Of a stretch of DNA of 64,000 nucleotides, positions 61,014 to 64,000 are shown one piece after another. The translations under genes and the position numbers were made by a program. The first letter of the stretch is position 1. Every line of letters starts with the position of its first letter. Location of the stretch: the NCBI RefSeq assembly GCF_009914755.1, contig NC_060927.1, one strand, 5' to 3'. Below the pieces are notes generated by a model. It had not been told where the DNA came from and searched no databases. It saw nothing but the letters and a program-made list of their open reading frames with translations. The stretch comes from the human T2T-CHM13v2.0 reference genome, Homo sapiens.

Positions 61014-61613
61014 CTTTGTGGGGAAAGGTCTACCTTTGGTCTTTGATGATGGTGACATACGACATACAGATGGGGTTTTGGTGTGGATGTCCTTTCTGTT
61101 TGTTAGTTTTCCTCCTAACAGCAAGGACCCTCAGCTGCAGGTCTGTTGGAGTTTGCCGGAGGTCCACTCCAGACCCTGTTTGCCTGGGTATCAGCAGCGG
61201 AGGCTGCAAAACAGCAAATATTGCTGAACAGCAAATATTGCTGAACAGCAAATGTTGCTGCCTGATCCTTCCTTTGGAAGTTTTGTCTCAGAGGAGCACC
61301 GGCCATGTGAGGTGTCAGTCTGCCCCTACTGGGGGGTGCCTCCCAGTTAGGCTACTCAGGGGTCAGGGACCCACTTGAGGAGGCAGTCTGTCTGTTCTCA
61401 GATCTCAAGCTGCGTGCTGGGAGAACCACCACTGTCTTCCAAGCTGTCAGACAGGGACATTTAAGTCTGAAGAGGTTTCTGCTGCCTTTTGTTTGGCTAT
61501 GCCCTGCCCCCAGTGGTGGAGTCTACAGAGGCAGGTAGGCCTCCTTGAGCTGTGGTGGGCTCCACCCAGTTCGAGCTTCCAGGCCAATTTGTTTACCTAC
61601 TCAAGCCTCAGCA

Positions 61614-61940
61614 ATGGTGGGCGCCCCTCCCCCAGCCTCGCTGCTGCCTTGCAGTTTGATCTCAGACTGCCGTGCTAGCAATAAGGGAGGCTCCATGGAT
61701 GTAGGACCCTCCGAGCCATGCGCGGGATATAATCTCCTGGTTTGCTGTTTTCTAAGACCGTCAGAAAAGTGCAGTATTAGGGTGGGAGTGACCCGATTTT
61801 CCAGGTGCCGTCTGTCACCCCTTTCCTTGGCTAGGAAAGGGAATTCCCTGACCCCTTGCACTTCCCGGGTGAGGCAATGCGTCGCCCTGCTTCGGCTCAC
61901 ACTTGGTGCGCTGCACGTACTGTCTGACAATCCCCAGTGA
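61614..61940 (+). CDS. L1 antisense ORF0-like open frame (108 aa); expression unproven
   Basis: gcaATGG Kozak; MVGAPPPASLLPCSLISDC...IRVGVTRFSRC matches primate ORF0. Confidence 0.45.
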   Translation: MVGAPPPASLLPCSLISDCRASNKGGSMDVGPSEPCAGYNLLVCCFLRPSEKCSIRVGVTRFSRCRLSPLSLARKGNSLTPCTSRVRQCVALLRLTLGALHVLSDNPQ

Positions 61941-62654
61941 GATGTACCTGGTACCTCAGTTGGAAATGCAGAAATCATTCGTCTTCTGTGTTGCTCACAC
62001 TGGGAGCTGTAGACTGGAGCTGTTCCTATTCGGCCATCTATAAAATGTTTTAAATATGCAACTTTCCATTGCTCAAGGCAGACAGGACCCTTAATTGGTT
62101 TTTTAACATTGAAATTCATTAACTAGTTTAGTAATAGTTATAAGAAATTTTCTATGAACCATCCAGCTACTGGTTTAAGGCCCTGGGGATTAAGAATCTG
62201 TCCTTGCCCAGTAGGAGCTTACATTCGAGTGGGCTAGAGAATCACGTAAATAGATAATTGCATTGCAATTTGATAACTACAATAATAGATATTCAAAGTA
62301 CAATGACAGTACTACTTACCGGTTTCCAAAATATTTTTGTACTTGTCTAATGGCAAGTATGTTATTTTGCAAAGATTTGTTTTTCTCTCCGGTCAATACA
62401 ATATACAGGGCAGTGGTAGAATTCTTAGATGGAAAATACGCAATCTATGGTCAAACTATTTGGGTTTAAATGCCTGGCCTTAATAACTGGAAAACAATGA
62501 GAAATCATTTCATCTCCCCAAGCTTTATCCCAGAAGCAGTAAAATAGGTATAAAAGGGAGTGCTTTTGGGTGGCTATGTACAGTCGATTTATGCTATCAC
62601 CTTACATCTGGGTCTAAGCCAGCTTCTCCTGGCCCAACTAGATCGCTCTTGCAG

Positions 62655-63466
<812 letters not shown>

Positions 63467-63571
63467 AAGTACTTACCGCATACAATCCATATGCCTCATA
63501 ATAAAAGTAGCCTTTTTAAGGTAGCCTTTTTAAACACAAACTGATTTCATAAATCTGAATTCCTCATCACG

Positions 63572-64000
<429 letters not shown>

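Noticed and set aside
63508-63533. Short tandem duplication gtagcctttttaa x2 (similar ones near 42090, 45915 and 54799)
   Set aside because: Routine replication-slippage micro-duplications

Overview
AT-rich, CpG-depleted, repeat-dense primate DNA, almost certainly human or great ape (AluJ/S/Y, L1PA). It reads as intronic or intergenic: I find no convincing host coding exon, RNA gene, CpG island or CRISPR-type array, and cannot name the locus. The ORF track is mostly fragments of Alu, L1, Tigger1 and LTR elements, or chance ORFs. Main elements: a near-full-length dead L1PA4-like LINE-1 (55890-62039, minus) that keeps the ZNF93-type 5'UTR segment and an open antisense ORF0; a twin-primed, 5'-inverted L1 (5342-6739); a near-complete Tigger1 (37573-40227); solo LTRs (MER39B, MER61A, MLT2A, MLT1); about 20 Alus; and MIR, L2, CR1 and MER fossils. 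The most interesting unexplained structure is a pair of 161-bp inverted repeats (154/161 identical, inner 69 bp perfect) flanking 405 bp at 26612-27338, with an apparently templated 18-mer at one junction. It is a candidate template-switch-derived, invertible segment. Second is a compact RUNX/ISRE/TATA/hairpin/splice-donor cassette at about 33090-33360, a candidate unannotated promoter and first exon. I see no evidence for a genuinely new biological system. Repeat subfamily names come from recalled consensus sequences and should be confirmed with RepeatMasker/Dfam.
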